Below are positions 9,670-19,640 of a stretch of DNA of 64,000 nucleotides, one piece after another (position 1 is the stretch's first letter; each line of letters starts with the position of its first letter). Source of the stretch: Sphingomonadaceae bacterium (lineage in GTDB: Bacteria; Pseudomonadota; Alphaproteobacteria; Sphingomonadales; Sphingomonadaceae); contig JAECRT010000005.1 in assembly GCA_016000085.1 (NCBI GenBank), positions 47,493-111,492 of the forward strand, written 5' to 3'. The notes under the pieces are model-generated. The model was not told the origin of the DNA and ran no database searches. It saw nothing but the letters and a program-made list of their open reading frames with translations. Both the position numbers and the translations under genes were made by a program.

Positions 9670-10685
9670 CCGTCCTTGCCCGCGACTCCCGCCTGGGCAA
9701 AGGTCGCCATGCCGTTATGCACCGCCAGCGCGCCCCGGATCACCGATACGGCCAGCGCCGCGCCGCTGCCTTCGCCCAGCCGCATGTCGAGCGACAGGAT
9801 CGGCCGCAGCCCAAGATGGTCGAGCAACGCGCGATGGCCCGATTCCGCCGAACAATGCCCGGCAAGACAGTGATCGGTGATGGCAGGCGCAAACGCGGCC
9901 AGCGGGGCGACGGCGGCGCAGGCGATGAAGCCGTCGAGCACCACCGGGATGCCCAGACACCGCGCCTGCACCACGGCCCCGGCGATGGCGACCGTTTCAC
10001 GCCCGCCCAGCCGCCGGATGGTTTCGAACGGCGTTTGCGCAGCCGTCGCGTGGAGAGCGAGCGCGCGATCGACCACGGCGATCTTGCGCGCGACGCCAGC
10101 GCTGTCCACGCCCGTCCCCACGCCCACCCATGACGCGGCATCGCCGCCGAAACTACGCGCGGCAAGCGCAGCGGCGGCGGTGCTATTGCCGATGCCCATT
10201 TCACCCACGGCCAGCAGGTGCAGCCCCGGATCGACCATGGCCGCGCCCTGGGCCAGAGCGTCGAGACATTCCGCCTTATCCATCGCCGGTTCTTGGGTGA
10301 AGTCGGCGGTCGGACGATCAAGGTCGAGCGCGGTGACGGTGACTTCCATGGCCGAAGCCTGCGCCAGCGCATTGACCGCGCCGCCGCCCGCCCGGAAATT
10401 GGCGACCATCGCGGCAGTGACGCTGGCGGGATAGGCGCTGACGCCATGGACGACACAGCCGTGATTACCCGCGAAAATGGCGACGCGGGCGCGGTCGATG
10501 ATCGGACGGGCATCACCCTGCCACCCGGCCAGGAAGATGGCGATGTCTTCCAGACGGCCCAGCGATCCGGCGGGCTTGGTCAATTGATCCTGCCGCGCGC
10601 GGGCGGCGGCGATGGCGCGTGCGTCCGGTGCGCGCAGGTCGCGCAACGCCGCGTCGAAGGCCGCGGGGGAGGCAAAGCCGGTCAT
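9666..10685 (-). CDS. cobT: Nicotinate-nucleotide--dimethylbenzimidazole phosphoribosyltransferase (CobT/CobU)
   Basis: LTKPAGSLGRLE, FAGNHG, GEMGIGNST, LDMRLGEGSGA, MATF. Start ATG 10685. Confidence 0.95.
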   Translation of the reverse strand: MTGFASPAAFDAALRDLRAPDARAIAAARARQDQLTKPAGSLGRLEDIAIFLAGWQGDARPIIDRARVAIFAGNHGCVVHGVSAYPASVTAAMVANFRAGGGAVNALAQASAMEVTVTALDLDRPTADFTQEPAMDKAECLDALAQGAAMVDPGLHLLAVGEMGIGNSTAAAALAARSFGGDAASWVGVGTGVDSAGVARKIAVVDRALALHATAAQTPFETIRRLGGRETVAIAGAVVQARCLGIPVVLDGFIACAAVAPLAAFAPAITDHCLAGHCSAESGHRALLDHLGLRPILSLDMRLGEGSGAALAVSVIRGALAVHNGMATFAQAGVAGKDG

Positions 10686-11089
10686 TCGGCAACGAAGCCG
10701 GGCGGCGGCGTGCGGGTGATGAAATGCCCCTTCACCCCTTGCGGCCATTGTTTGAACGGCACGCGACCATGATCGCTGGCGGCATAATGAACGGCATAGT
10801 CGAGGATGGCGGTCGCAGCCTCTTCGTCCGGCTGAAAGCGGCCCATGACATAACCGACCCGGCCCGGCGCGCGCAGATGCACGGTGCAATGGTCGGTGCA
10901 GGCGAACAGGCACGCCATTTCCTGCACGGCGATACCGGCATAGCGCGGATCGCTGGCCTGCACGGTGCGCAGCGCGTCGACCATCAGCGCGCCACCGCGC
11001 TGACCGCCCTCATCCTCCCGCTGATCCTTGCTGTGGCGACAGGTGTTGCAGGCGACGATGGCGGGGCCATCATCCACGGGTTTCAGCAT
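10682..11089 (-). CDS. DUF1636 family putative metal-binding protein (cob-cluster associated)
   Basis: CNTCR, CLFAC...C, YVMGRF, GRVPFKQWP..VKGHFITR.PP. Confidence 0.8.
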   Translation of the reverse strand: MLKPVDDGPAIVACNTCRHSKDQREDEGGQRGGALMVDALRTVQASDPRYAGIAVQEMACLFACTDHCTVHLRAPGRVGYVMGRFQPDEEAATAILDYAVHYAASDHGRVPFKQWPQGVKGHFITRTPPPGFVAE

Positions 11090-11135
11090 GGGCCGATCAT
11101 CCTTTTCATGGTCGGTTGGTGGGCAATATCATGGG

Positions 11136-11783
11136 TCATCGTTCGAAAATTCGGTCGCGCCATGGTTCGCGCGCCTGCCAGCCGCGCCGTTCCAGTTCGG
11201 GTACGGCGCTGTCTTCCAACGGATAGCCGATGCACAGCAACGCAATCAGCGACCAGTGCTCCGGCACATCCAGCAGCGCCGTGACATAAGCGGGATCGAG
11301 GATCGACACCCAGCCCACGCCGATGCCGCGCACCCGCGCCGCCAGCCACAGCGTATGGATGGCCATTACCACCGAATGACGCAGCATTTCGGGCATGGTG
11401 GCGATGCCCAGGCCATGGCCCGCATCCGGCGCATCGTCGCAGAATATCGCGATCAATTCGGGCGCTTCGCCGATCCCGTGCAGCTTGAGCGAGAGATAGC
11501 GGACGTGGCGATCGGTCCCGTCATGGCGGGCGGCCGACGCCACGACCTGCGCATCGACATGGGCGACCAGCGCCTGCCGGATGGCCGGGGTGCGCAGACG
11601 GACGAAACGCCATGGCTGGGCATTGCCGACCGAAGGCGCGAGCGACGCGGCGTGCAGCAGCGCTTCCATGTCCGATTCCGCCACCGAATCGGCACGGAAA
11701 TGGCGCACGTCGCGCCGCCAGTGCAGCAGCGTGTCGAAATCCGCCGCGAAAGCCGGATCGAAGGAGGGCAGATCGTCGGTCAG
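11136..11783 (-). CDS. bluB: 5,6-dimethylbenzimidazole synthase BluB
   Basis: WRRDVRHF, APSVGNAQPWRF, YLSLKL.GI.EAP, GVGWVSILDP, LCIGYP, PELERRGW. Start inferred at CTG 11783 (see findings). Confidence 0.9.
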   Translation of the reverse strand: MTDDLPSFDPAFAADFDTLLHWRRDVRHFRADSVAESDMEALLHAASLAPSVGNAQPWRFVRLRTPAIRQALVAHVDAQVVASAARHDGTDRHVRYLSLKLHGIGEAPELIAIFCDDAPDAGHGLGIATMPEMLRHSVVMAIHTLWLAARVRGIGVGWVSILDPAYVTALLDVPEHWSLIALLCIGYPLEDSAVPELERRGWQAREPWRDRIFER

Positions 11784-12400
11784 AATTCGATCCCCTTCTG
11801 CGCCTTCACCCCCGACCGGAAGGGATGCTTGACCATCGTCATGTCGGTGACGAGATCGGCGGCTTCAATGAGGGCGTCGGGGGCGTTGCGGCCGGTCACG
11901 ATGACATGCTTCATCGGGGCGCGACCGGTCAGCACCGGCAGCACCTCGTCCAGCGGCAGATAGTCGTAGCGCAGGACGATGTTGAGTTCATCCGCCAGCA
12001 CCATGTCATAGGAAGGGTCGGCGATCATCCGACACACTTCGTCCCAACCCGCGCGCGCGACGGCGATGTCACGGGCGCGATCCTGCGTGTCCCAGGTGAA
12101 GCCTTCGCCCATGGGCTTGAATTCGACATGATCGGGGAAGGCGTCGAACACGACCTTTTCGCCGGTGGTCATCGCGCCCTTCACGAACTGGACCACGCCG
12201 ACCTTCATGCCATGGCCGATGGCGCGCACGACCATGCCGAGCGCGGCGCTGGTCTTGCCCTTGCCCTTGCCGGTGTGGACGATCAGCAGCCCCTGTTCGC
12301 GCGTCTTGGTGGCCATGATCTTGGCCTGCGCCGCCTGTTTCTTGCGCATCTTCTCGCTGTGCCGGGCTTCGGCGTCGGCGGCCGGGGTATCACTCTCCAT
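11780..12400 (-). CDS. cobO: Cob(I)yrinic acid a,c-diamide adenosyltransferase
   Basis: VHTGKGKGKTSAA, VQFVKG, GEGFTW, TGRNAP, KHPF..GVKAQKGIEF. Confidence 0.96.
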   Translation of the reverse strand: MESDTPAADAEARHSEKMRKKQAAQAKIMATKTREQGLLIVHTGKGKGKTSAALGMVVRAIGHGMKVGVVQFVKGAMTTGEKVVFDAFPDHVEFKPMGEGFTWDTQDRARDIAVARAGWDEVCRMIADPSYDMVLADELNIVLRYDYLPLDEVLPVLTGRAPMKHVIVTGRNAPDALIEAADLVTDMTMVKHPFRSGVKAQKGIEF

Positions 12401-13154
12401 CGCGCATTTCCTTCCGCATCAGATAAATGTCCATGATCCAGCCATGCCGGGCGCGCAATTCGCGGCGCAATGCGGCGATGCGGGGCGCGGCGGTGGCGAG
12501 CGGCCCGTCGACCAGCGCTTCGTGCGCCATACCCAGATACGCGCCCCACCAGATATGCACGCCCGCCGGGTCGAGCACGTCGAAGGCGCAGCCGCTGTCG
12601 AGCATGACGGCCAACGTGCCGACGCCATCGGGCCAGCCCCGGTCGCGCAACTGTCGGCCCGTGGTAATCAGCACGGGATCGGCCAGCGCGTTGAGCGCAA
12701 TGGCATGGGCGGCGGTCAGCGCCTGAAGGCTGGTAATGCCCGGCACCACGCGCAGCGTCAGGTCCATGCCGCCCGCGCGCAGCCGGTCGGCGATGCGCAG
12801 GCTGCTGTCGTAGAGCGAGGGATCGCCCCAGACGAGCAGGGCGAGGCGGCCGCCTTCGGGTAGATGGGTCGCGATCTCACGCGCCCAGGCGGCGGCGATC
12901 GCATCGTGCCAGTCGTGGACCGCACCCAGATAATCGTCGCGCCCGTCGCGCACGGGCAGGTCGAATTCCACCACGCGCGGACCATCGCTCAGCACCGCCG
13001 CGCAGATGCTGCGCCGCAGGTCGATCAGGTCCGACTTCGCGCTGCCCTTGCGCGGCAGCAGGATGAGGTCGGCGGCGTTCATCGCCCCGACCGCCTGCGC
13101 CGTCAGATGATCCAGGTTGCCGGTGCCGATGCCGATAAGGGTGATCGCGATCAT
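12390..13154 (-). CDS. cobF: Precorrin-6A synthase (deacetylating)
   Basis: IGIGTGN.DHLT.QA, DWHDAIA, LVWGDPSLYDS, WWGAYLG, GWIMDIYL. Confidence 0.95.
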   Translation of the reverse strand: MIAITLIGIGTGNLDHLTAQAVGAMNAADLILLPRKGSAKSDLIDLRRSICAAVLSDGPRVVEFDLPVRDGRDDYLGAVHDWHDAIAAAWAREIATHLPEGGRLALLVWGDPSLYDSSLRIADRLRAGGMDLTLRVVPGITSLQALTAAHAIALNALADPVLITTGRQLRDRGWPDGVGTLAVMLDSGCAFDVLDPAGVHIWWGAYLGMAHEALVDGPLATAAPRIAALRRELRARHGWIMDIYLMRKEMRDGE

Positions 13155-14464
13155 GTGCCGGGCGCGATCAGGTGAAAGAAGGTGCCGGTTACATGGCCGC
13201 GATGCGACCCTGTTTCGGCGACGGGTGCGCCGTCCGCGTCGGTGACGTGCGCCAGCGGCGCATCCTTCTGTTCGATGATGGTGGAATAATGAAATTCGTG
13301 GCCGCGCAAGGCGCTGCCCATCGCCATGCCCGCCAGCGGGGCGAGCAGACGCGCCTGACGATAGCCCAGATGCATCTGTCGTTTGGCGTGGCTGGTGACG
13401 AGGCCGAGCAGCCCGGCCATGGCGTGGCTCTCGCCCGCCTTGTCGATCAGCGCTTCGCCGAGCACCATGTACCCCCCGCATTCGCCATGCACCGGGCGGG
13501 TGGCGGCATGGGCGCGCAGACCCGTGAGGAAGCGGTGGGCCGACGCGATCCGTCCAGCATGGAGTTCGGGGTAGCCACCGGGCAGCCACACCAGATCGGC
13601 GTCGCTTGGCGGCGCTTCGTCGGCAAGGGGGGAAAAGGGCGTGATCTGCGCTCCGGCCTGTCGCCAGCCTTCGAGCAGATGGGGATAGACGAAGGAAAAG
13701 GCCTGGTCCTGCGCGAGGGCGATACGCTGGGCGGGTGGTGACGGGAGCGGATCGTGGGTTTGCGGACGCGCAATCGCGGCGGCGGCGGCGGCAATGATCG
13801 CATCCAGATCGGCATGATCGCGCAGGAAGGCAGCATAGTCGGCGATGGCGCGGTCAAGATCGGGATGTTCGATCGCCTGCACCAGACCCAGATGCCGTTC
13901 GGGCAGGGTAAGGTCGCCGCGCCGGGGCAGCGCGCCTAGCACCCTTATTCCCGCTTCTTCCATGCCCCGTCGCGCCAGCCGTTCATGGCGAGGGCTGGCG
14001 ACGCGGTTCAAGATGACCCCGGCGAAGGGCAGGTCGGGATCGAACAGGCAAAACCCCAGCGCAGTGGCGGCGGCGGATTGCGCCTGCCCGCTGACGTCGA
14101 CCACCAGGATGACCGGCCATCCCAGTCGGCGCGCCATGTCGGCGCTGGCGCCATTGCCGGTCGCGCCGATGCTGGCGACGCCGTCGTACAGGCCCATGGA
14201 GCCCTCGGCGAGAATGATGTCCGCCCCCGCTCCGCGCGCAGCGATGGCGTCGAGCAGGCCGGGCGTCATTGCCCAGCTGTCGAGGTTAAAGGACGCACGC
14301 CCGCAGGCGGCGCGGTGAAAGGCGGGGTCGATATAATCGGGTCCGCTCTTGAAGGGTTGCACCACAAGGCCGCGCTGGGTGAGCGCGCGCAGCAGGCCGA
14401 GCATCACCGTGGTCTTGCCGGTGCCCGACGCGGGGGCGGCGATCATCAGGCCGGGGATGGTCAT
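13151..14464 (-). CDS. cobB: Hydrogenobyrinic/cobyrinic acid a,c-diamide synthase
   Basis: [49 protein letters not shown]. Confidence 0.96.
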   Translation of the reverse strand: MTIPGLMIAAPASGTGKTTVMLGLLRALTQRGLVVQPFKSGPDYIDPAFHRAACGRASFNLDSWAMTPGLLDAIAARGAGADIILAEGSMGLYDGVASIGATGNGASADMARRLGWPVILVVDVSGQAQSAAATALGFCLFDPDLPFAGVILNRVASPRHERLARRGMEEAGIRVLGALPRRGDLTLPERHLGLVQAIEHPDLDRAIADYAAFLRDHADLDAIIAAAAAAIARPQTHDPLPSPPAQRIALAQDQAFSFVYPHLLEGWRQAGAQITPFSPLADEAPPSDADLVWLPGGYPELHAGRIASAHRFLTGLRAHAATRPVHGECGGYMVLGEALIDKAGESHAMAGLLGLVTSHAKRQMHLGYRQARLLAPLAGMAMGSALRGHEFHYSTIIEQKDAPLAHVTDADGAPVAETGSHRGHVTGTFFHLIAPGT

Positions 14465-15246
14465 TCGCGTCCTTCCGCAAAAGGCGACGCCGCGCTTTGC
14501 GGACGGAACCGGCGGTCATAGCCGGTCGCATAGAGGCTGCTTTCGCCAAAATCATCGGCGGACAACACCTGTCCCACGACGATCAGCGCGGTGCGTTCCA
14601 TGCTGCCCGCCACCGCCTGTTCGATGGTGGAGAGGGTGGCGCGGACGATGCGCTGGTCGGGCCAACTGGCACGCCACACCACCGCGACTGGGCAGTCGGG
14701 TCCATAGCCGGGGGTCAGGTCGGCCACCACGCGATCCAGTTGATGAATCGACAGGTGGATCGCCAGCGTCGCGCCGGTCGCGGCAAAATTCGTGAGGGTT
14801 TCAGCAACGGGCATGGCGCTGGCGCGGCCGGGCGTGCGGGTCAGCACCAGCGATTGCGCCAGTTCCGGCAGAGTCAGTTCCGCCTCCAGCGCGGCGGCGG
14901 CGGCGGCGAAGGCCGGGACGCCCGGCGTGATCGTGAAGGGTATGTCCATCGCGCGCAGGCGTCGCAATTGTTCGCCCATGGCCGACCAGATCGACAGATC
15001 ACCCGAATGGAGCCGCGCTATATCCTGTCCGGCGGCATGAACGGTCGCGATCTCTTCCATGATTTCATCGAGCGAGAGAGGCGCGCTGTTGATAATGCGC
15101 GCGCCGGGGGGGCAATGGTTCAGCAACGCCGTCGGCACGAGCGACCCGGCATAGAGGCAAACGGGCGATCCGGCGATCCGGTCCCGCCCGCGCAGGGTCA
15201 GAAGGTCGGGCGCGCCGGGTCCGGCGCCGATGAAATGGACGGTCAT
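14461..15246 (-). CDS. cobM: Precorrin-4 C11-methyltransferase
   Basis: [44 protein letters not shown]. Confidence 0.95.
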   Translation of the reverse strand: MTVHFIGAGPGAPDLLTLRGRDRIAGSPVCLYAGSLVPTALLNHCPPGARIINSAPLSLDEIMEEIATVHAAGQDIARLHSGDLSIWSAMGEQLRRLRAMDIPFTITPGVPAFAAAAAALEAELTLPELAQSLVLTRTPGRASAMPVAETLTNFAATGATLAIHLSIHQLDRVVADLTPGYGPDCPVAVVWRASWPDQRIVRATLSTIEQAVAGSMERTALIVVGQVLSADDFGESSLYATGYDRRFRPQSAASPFAEGRE

Positions 15247-15608
15247 GTCGCGGTTCCTGTGGCGATGGCGCAGGTCGCCATCCGATCGGGGGATATGAAA
15301 CGGGCGCACAGCAAAATGGCCCCCGGACCCGCCGCCGCGAGGGCGGCGGCTTCGGCCACGCTGCCCACGCCATAGGCTTTCAGGCTGGCGGGCGAGACGG
15401 TCGGCGTGTCCATCCCGCGCAGGCGGTCGCGCGATATGGTCGCCAGATCGAGGTCCAGCGACACCGCAAGCGGTTTGAGCGCGGCGGCCTTGTCCTTCGG
15501 CGCAGCCAGCAGGGTAACGGGAGGGCATCCGCCCTGCGCCCCGGCGAGCGCCGCCGCGAACGACGCGAGGGTCGCGCCTTCGCGAAAGCCAAAGCCCGCC
15601 ACGATCAT
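15243..15608 (-). CDS. cobE: Cobalamin biosynthesis protein CobE (CbiG C-terminal-like)
   Basis: [27 protein letters not shown]. Confidence 0.88.
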   Translation of the reverse strand: MIVAGFGFREGATLASFAAALAGAQGGCPPVTLLAAPKDKAAALKPLAVSLDLDLATISRDRLRGMDTPTVSPASLKAYGVGSVAEAAALAAAGPGAILLCARFISPDRMATCAIATGTAT

Positions 15609-16810
15609 AGCGTCACGCTCCACTGGACGATGGGGAAGCTCGCGCGCCAGCCGCGACGCGTGCCGAGCGGCGCCGCTTCGGCGAGGTCGATACGCAGCAG
15701 ACCGCCGCCGCGCTGAGCATGGACTCGCGCTAGCAGCGCTTCGGATTCGAGCGTCACGGCATGGGCGACCAGCCGCGTGCCGGGGGGCATCGTGTCGAAC
15801 AGGTCAGCCAGCAAGACTTCCGACAGGCCGCCGCCAATGAAGATAGCGTCGGGCGTCGCTTGCTGCACAAGACTGGCGGGGGCGCGGCCGGTCACGACCT
15901 GCAAGTGATCGACACCCAGCGCGGCGGCATTGGCATGGGCGCGGGCGGCGCGCGCCGGATCGACTTCGAATGCGACGGCGCGGTTAGCGGGATGGGCGAG
16001 CAGCCATTCTATGCCGATCGACCCCGACCCCGCGCCAATGTCCCATAAGGTTTCGCCCGGACGCGGGGCGAGCGCGGATAGCGCCAGCGCCCGCACCGGC
16101 CGCTTGCTGATTTGACCGTCATGGTCGAACAGGCTGTCTTGCAATCCCGATATGCATGGTATGACGACGCCATCCCCGGCGCAGGCGACGCCCAGTGCGA
16201 CGGGATGCGCGATGTCGGTGAAGGCCAGTGCCGCGGCGGTCGTCACGCGGACCTGCTCGCGCGGCCCGCCCAGCGCCTCCAGCACATGCAGGGTCGATGC
16301 GCCGAAGCCCTGTTCGACAAGGTAGCGCCCCATGTCCCGCACCGCCGCGCCGTCGCGCAACAGGGCAATGACGCGCCGACCGGGCCCGAGGTGCGGCCGG
16401 ATGCGGGTCAGCGGCGCGGCGTGCAGGCCGATGCAGGCCGTCCGTTCCAGCGCCCAACCCAGCCGGGCCGCGGCAAGGCCGAAGGTCGAGGGCACGGGCA
16501 GCGCGCGCCATTCGCCGGGGTCCAGATCGCGCGTCACCACCGATCCCGCACCGAACCAGAAGGGGTCGCCCGACACGAGCAGCACGACGCGCTGGCCTCG
16601 CTGCGCCATCAGCAAGGGGATGCCGTCGGCAAAGGGCACGGGCCATTCGACGACGGGGCAATCAAGCGCGGGGAGCAGCGCGAGATGACGCGCCGCGCCC
16701 ATCACCAGTTGGGCTTGCGCCAGAGCATCATGGGCCGCTAAAGCCAGCCCGTCCGGTCCATCCTCGCCGATGCCGATGATCGTCAGCCATTGCGCCGGAG
16801 CATCAGCCAT
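15605..16810 (-). CDS. cobL: Precorrin-6Y C5,15-methyltransferase (decarboxylating), CbiE-CbiT fusion
   Basis: [51 protein letters not shown]. Confidence 0.95.
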   Translation of the reverse strand: MADAPAQWLTIIGIGEDGPDGLALAAHDALAQAQLVMGAARHLALLPALDCPVVEWPVPFADGIPLLMAQRGQRVVLLVSGDPFWFGAGSVVTRDLDPGEWRALPVPSTFGLAAARLGWALERTACIGLHAAPLTRIRPHLGPGRRVIALLRDGAAVRDMGRYLVEQGFGASTLHVLEALGGPREQVRVTTAAALAFTDIAHPVALGVACAGDGVVIPCISGLQDSLFDHDGQISKRPVRALALSALAPRPGETLWDIGAGSGSIGIEWLLAHPANRAVAFEVDPARAARAHANAAALGVDHLQVVTGRAPASLVQQATPDAIFIGGGLSEVLLADLFDTMPPGTRLVAHAVTLESEALLARVHAQRGGGLLRIDLAEAAPLGTRRGWRASFPIVQWSVTL

Positions 16811-17558
16811 GCAGAATATCCTCGTGCTGGGCGGAACGACCGAAGCGAGCGCGCTCGCCCGGTTGCTGGCGCAGGCCGAGCTGCGCGCGACGCTCAGCTA
16901 TGCCGGGCGCACCGACAATCCGCGCGCGCAACCCGTGCCGATCCGGGTAGGCGGCTTTGGCGGCGTGGACGGGCTGGCTGCCTATCTGCGCGACCATCAT
17001 ATCACCCATCTGGTCGATGCGACCCACCCCTTCGCCGCCACGATGAGCGCGAACGCGGTCGAGGCCGCGCGCCGGGCGGGCGTTGCGCTGATCGCGCTCA
17101 GCCGTCCGCCATGGACGGCGATCGCGGGGGACCGATGGACCAGCGTTCCCGATCTTCCCGCCGCTATCGCAGCGCTCGCCGGACCGCCGCGCCGGATCAT
17201 GCTGGCGCTGGGGCGGATGCATGTGGACGCTTTCGCCGCCCAGCCGCAGCATCATTATCTGCTGCGCTTTGTCGACCGGCCCGCCGCGCCGCCCGCCCTG
17301 CCCCGGCACATATTGGTCGTCGATAGCGGCCCCTTCACCGTCGAGGAGGACGTCGGGCTGATGCAGGCGCACGAGATCGACCTCATCCTCTGCAAGAATG
17401 CGGGGGGCAGCGGCGCGCAAGCCAAGCTGATCGCCGCGCGCACGCTCGGCCTGCCGGTCATGATGATCGACCGGCCCGCCCTGCCCCAGCGGATGGAAGT
17501 CTGGCGACCCGATGACGTGATGGCCTGGCTGGGTCACGCGGCGGATCGCGGCGTGTAG
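16809..17558 (+). CDS. cobK: Precorrin-6A reductase
   Basis: ILVLGGTTEA, GGFGGVDGL, DATHPFA, GPF, KNAGG, KLIAAR.LGLPV.M..RP. Confidence 0.95.
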   Translation: MQNILVLGGTTEASALARLLAQAELRATLSYAGRTDNPRAQPVPIRVGGFGGVDGLAAYLRDHHITHLVDATHPFAATMSANAVEAARRAGVALIALSRPPWTAIAGDRWTSVPDLPAAIAALAGPPRRIMLALGRMHVDAFAAQPQHHYLLRFVDRPAAPPALPRHILVVDSGPFTVEEDVGLMQAHEIDLILCKNAGGSGAQAKLIAARTLGLPVMMIDRPALPQRMEVWRPDDVMAWLGHAADRGV

Positions 17559-18286
17559 AGGATCGGCCCCGCGGCGCGCTCGATGAGGCGGGTCCGGCTC
17601 GACCCGATGATGACGAGCGTGCGCATGTCGGCCATGTCGGGCGTCGCCTGCGTCAACGGGACTATGCGCAACGCCTCGTGCGGGGTGCTGACGGCGCGGG
17701 CGAAGAGGATGGGTCGATCATCGCAGCAGATCTGCTGCAACAGGCGCAACGTCTTCTCGAAACCTTCCGGTCGCGCCTTTGATCGAGGATTATAGAGGGC
17801 GATGGCGAAATCCGCCTCGACCGCCAGCCGCAGACGCTTTTCGATCATATCCCATGGCTTGAGATTGTCGGACAGGTTGATTGCGCAAAAGTCATGACCA
17901 AGCGGCGCGCCCGCCCGCGCACTGGCCGCAAGCATCGCGGTAATGCCGGGCAGCACGTCGATGGTCAGCGCGCGCCATGCCTGCGGCCCGGCCTCGAGCG
18001 CTTCGAACAGAGCGGCGGCCATGGCGAACACGCCGGGATCGCCGGAGGAAACGATGACAACGCGCCGCCCGTCCGCCGCCATCGTCAGGGCGTGGATGGC
18101 GCGGTCGATTTCCACCCGGTTGTCGGTAGCGTGCAGCGTCAGCCCGTCGCGCGGCGCGATGCGCGCGACATAGGGAATATAGCCGACAATGTCGGTGGCC
18201 CGCGCCAACGCATCGCTGACCTGCGGCGTGATCATCGCCTCACTGCCCGGACCCAAGCCCGCAATGGCGATCCATCCTTCATTCAT
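17534..18286 (-). CDS. cobJ: Precorrin-3B C17-methyltransferase
   Basis: GLGPG, VSSGDPGVFAMA, LGHDFC.INLSDNLKPW, YNPRS, DMRT, YTPR. Confidence 0.95.
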   Translation of the reverse strand: MNEGWIAIAGLGPGSEAMITPQVSDALARATDIVGYIPYVARIAPRDGLTLHATDNRVEIDRAIHALTMAADGRRVVIVSSGDPGVFAMAAALFEALEAGPQAWRALTIDVLPGITAMLAASARAGAPLGHDFCAINLSDNLKPWDMIEKRLRLAVEADFAIALYNPRSKARPEGFEKTLRLLQQICCDDRPILFARAVSTPHEALRIVPLTQATPDMADMRTLVIIGSSRTRLIERAAGPILYTPRSAA

Positions 18287-19014
18287 GGTCGGCGCCCCTG
18301 TCCATGGATCAGCAGGATCGAGAAATAGGGCGTCACGCTGTCCGCATCGACCAGCCGGGTAACGCGCTGGTTCGGCATGGCGGCATGTTCGACCAGCCAG
18401 GCATCGGGTTCGCGACCCGCAGCAGCGATAGCGCGTCGCAGCTTGGGCAGGTTGCGACCGATCTTCATGACGACCAGCGCGTCGGTATCGCGAATGCGGC
18501 GGGTCAGGTCATCTTCGTCCATGGTCGCCATCAGCACGGTCAGCACATCGTCGCCCCAAGTGATCGGCGCGCCCGACGCGGTCCATGCACCCGCCATGCC
18601 GGTGATGCCCGGCACCACAGCGACGGGCACGACACCCGACAGACGGCTGTGCAGATGCATGAAGGAACCGTAGAAGAACGGGTCGCCTTCGCACAGGACC
18701 ACGACATCCTGGCCAGCCTGCGCCAGCGCCGCGAGCCGTGCCGTGCAATCGGCGTAAAAGGCGGAAAGGCAGGCATTGTAACGCGGATCGGACAGCGGGA
18801 TTTCCGTCGTTACCGGATATTCCATCGCGATTTCGACCACGTCGTCGCGCAGCATTCCTTCCACGATGCGGCGTGCCTGTCCGGGCCGTCCCGCCTTGCG
18901 GAAATAGGCGATATGGCGCGCGCCGCGCACGAGCCGGTCGGCCCGCACGCTGAGCAGATCCTGCGCGCCGGGGCCAAGGCCCACGCCATGGACGATGCCG
19001 GGCGAGACGCTCAT
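18283..19014 (-). CDS. cobI: Precorrin-2 C20-methyltransferase
   Basis: GVGLGPG, YPVTTE, LCEGDPFFYGSFMH, VVMKIGRN, PYFS. Confidence 0.95.
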   Translation of the reverse strand: MSVSPGIVHGVGLGPGAQDLLSVRADRLVRGARHIAYFRKAGRPGQARRIVEGMLRDDVVEIAMEYPVTTEIPLSDPRYNACLSAFYADCTARLAALAQAGQDVVVLCEGDPFFYGSFMHLHSRLSGVVPVAVVPGITGMAGAWTASGAPITWGDDVLTVLMATMDEDDLTRRIRDTDALVVMKIGRNLPKLRRAIAAAGREPDAWLVEHAAMPNQRVTRLVDADSVTPYFSILLIHGQGRRP

Positions 19015-19640
19015 TCCGCGCGGCTCGCCAGCGCGTTGAGCGCCGCGACCGTGATGGCGCTGCCGCCCAGACGCCCTTCCACGATGGCGCAGGGGACAGG
19101 TTGCGCGGACCATAGCGCATCCTTGGATTCCACAGCGCCCACAAAGCCGACCGGGCAGCCGATGATTGCTGCAGGGCGCGGGCAGTCAGCGTCCTCCAGC
19201 ATGTTGAGCAGGTGGAATAGCGCCGTGGGCGCATTGCCGATGGCCACGATCGCGCCCGCCAGATGCGGCCGCCATAGTTCCAGCGCGGCGGCCGAGCGTG
19301 TGTTGCCTATGGCGCGGGCCAGATCGGGAACCTGAGGATCGCGCAGGGTGCAGAGGACCGCGTTGTCGGCGGGCAGGCGCGCGCGGGTGACCCCCTCCGA
19401 CACCATATGTGCGTCGCACAGGATCGGCGCCCCCCGCGCCAGCGCCGCCCGCGCGGTCGCGGCGAAACCGGGCGAGAAACGAATGTGGCGGGCAAGGTCG
19501 ACCATCCCAGCGGCGTGGATCATGCGCACGGCGACCGGCTCTTCATCCACCGGGAAGCCCGACAGGTCGGCTTCCGCGCGGATGGTGGCGAAGGATTGGC
19601 GATAGATCGCCGCGCCATCGGTTTCGTAGAAATAGGGCAT
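19011..19640 (-). CDS. cobH: Precorrin-8X methylmutase
   Basis: IYRQSFATIRAEA, RMIHA, TRSAAA, IGNAPTAL, PVGFVGAVESK, GRLGGS. Confidence 0.96.
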   Translation of the reverse strand: MPYFYETDGAAIYRQSFATIRAEADLSGFPVDEEPVAVRMIHAAGMVDLARHIRFSPGFAATARAALARGAPILCDAHMVSEGVTRARLPADNAVLCTLRDPQVPDLARAIGNTRSAAALELWRPHLAGAIVAIGNAPTALFHLLNMLEDADCPRPAAIIGCPVGFVGAVESKDALWSAQPVPCAIVEGRLGGSAITVAALNALASRAE

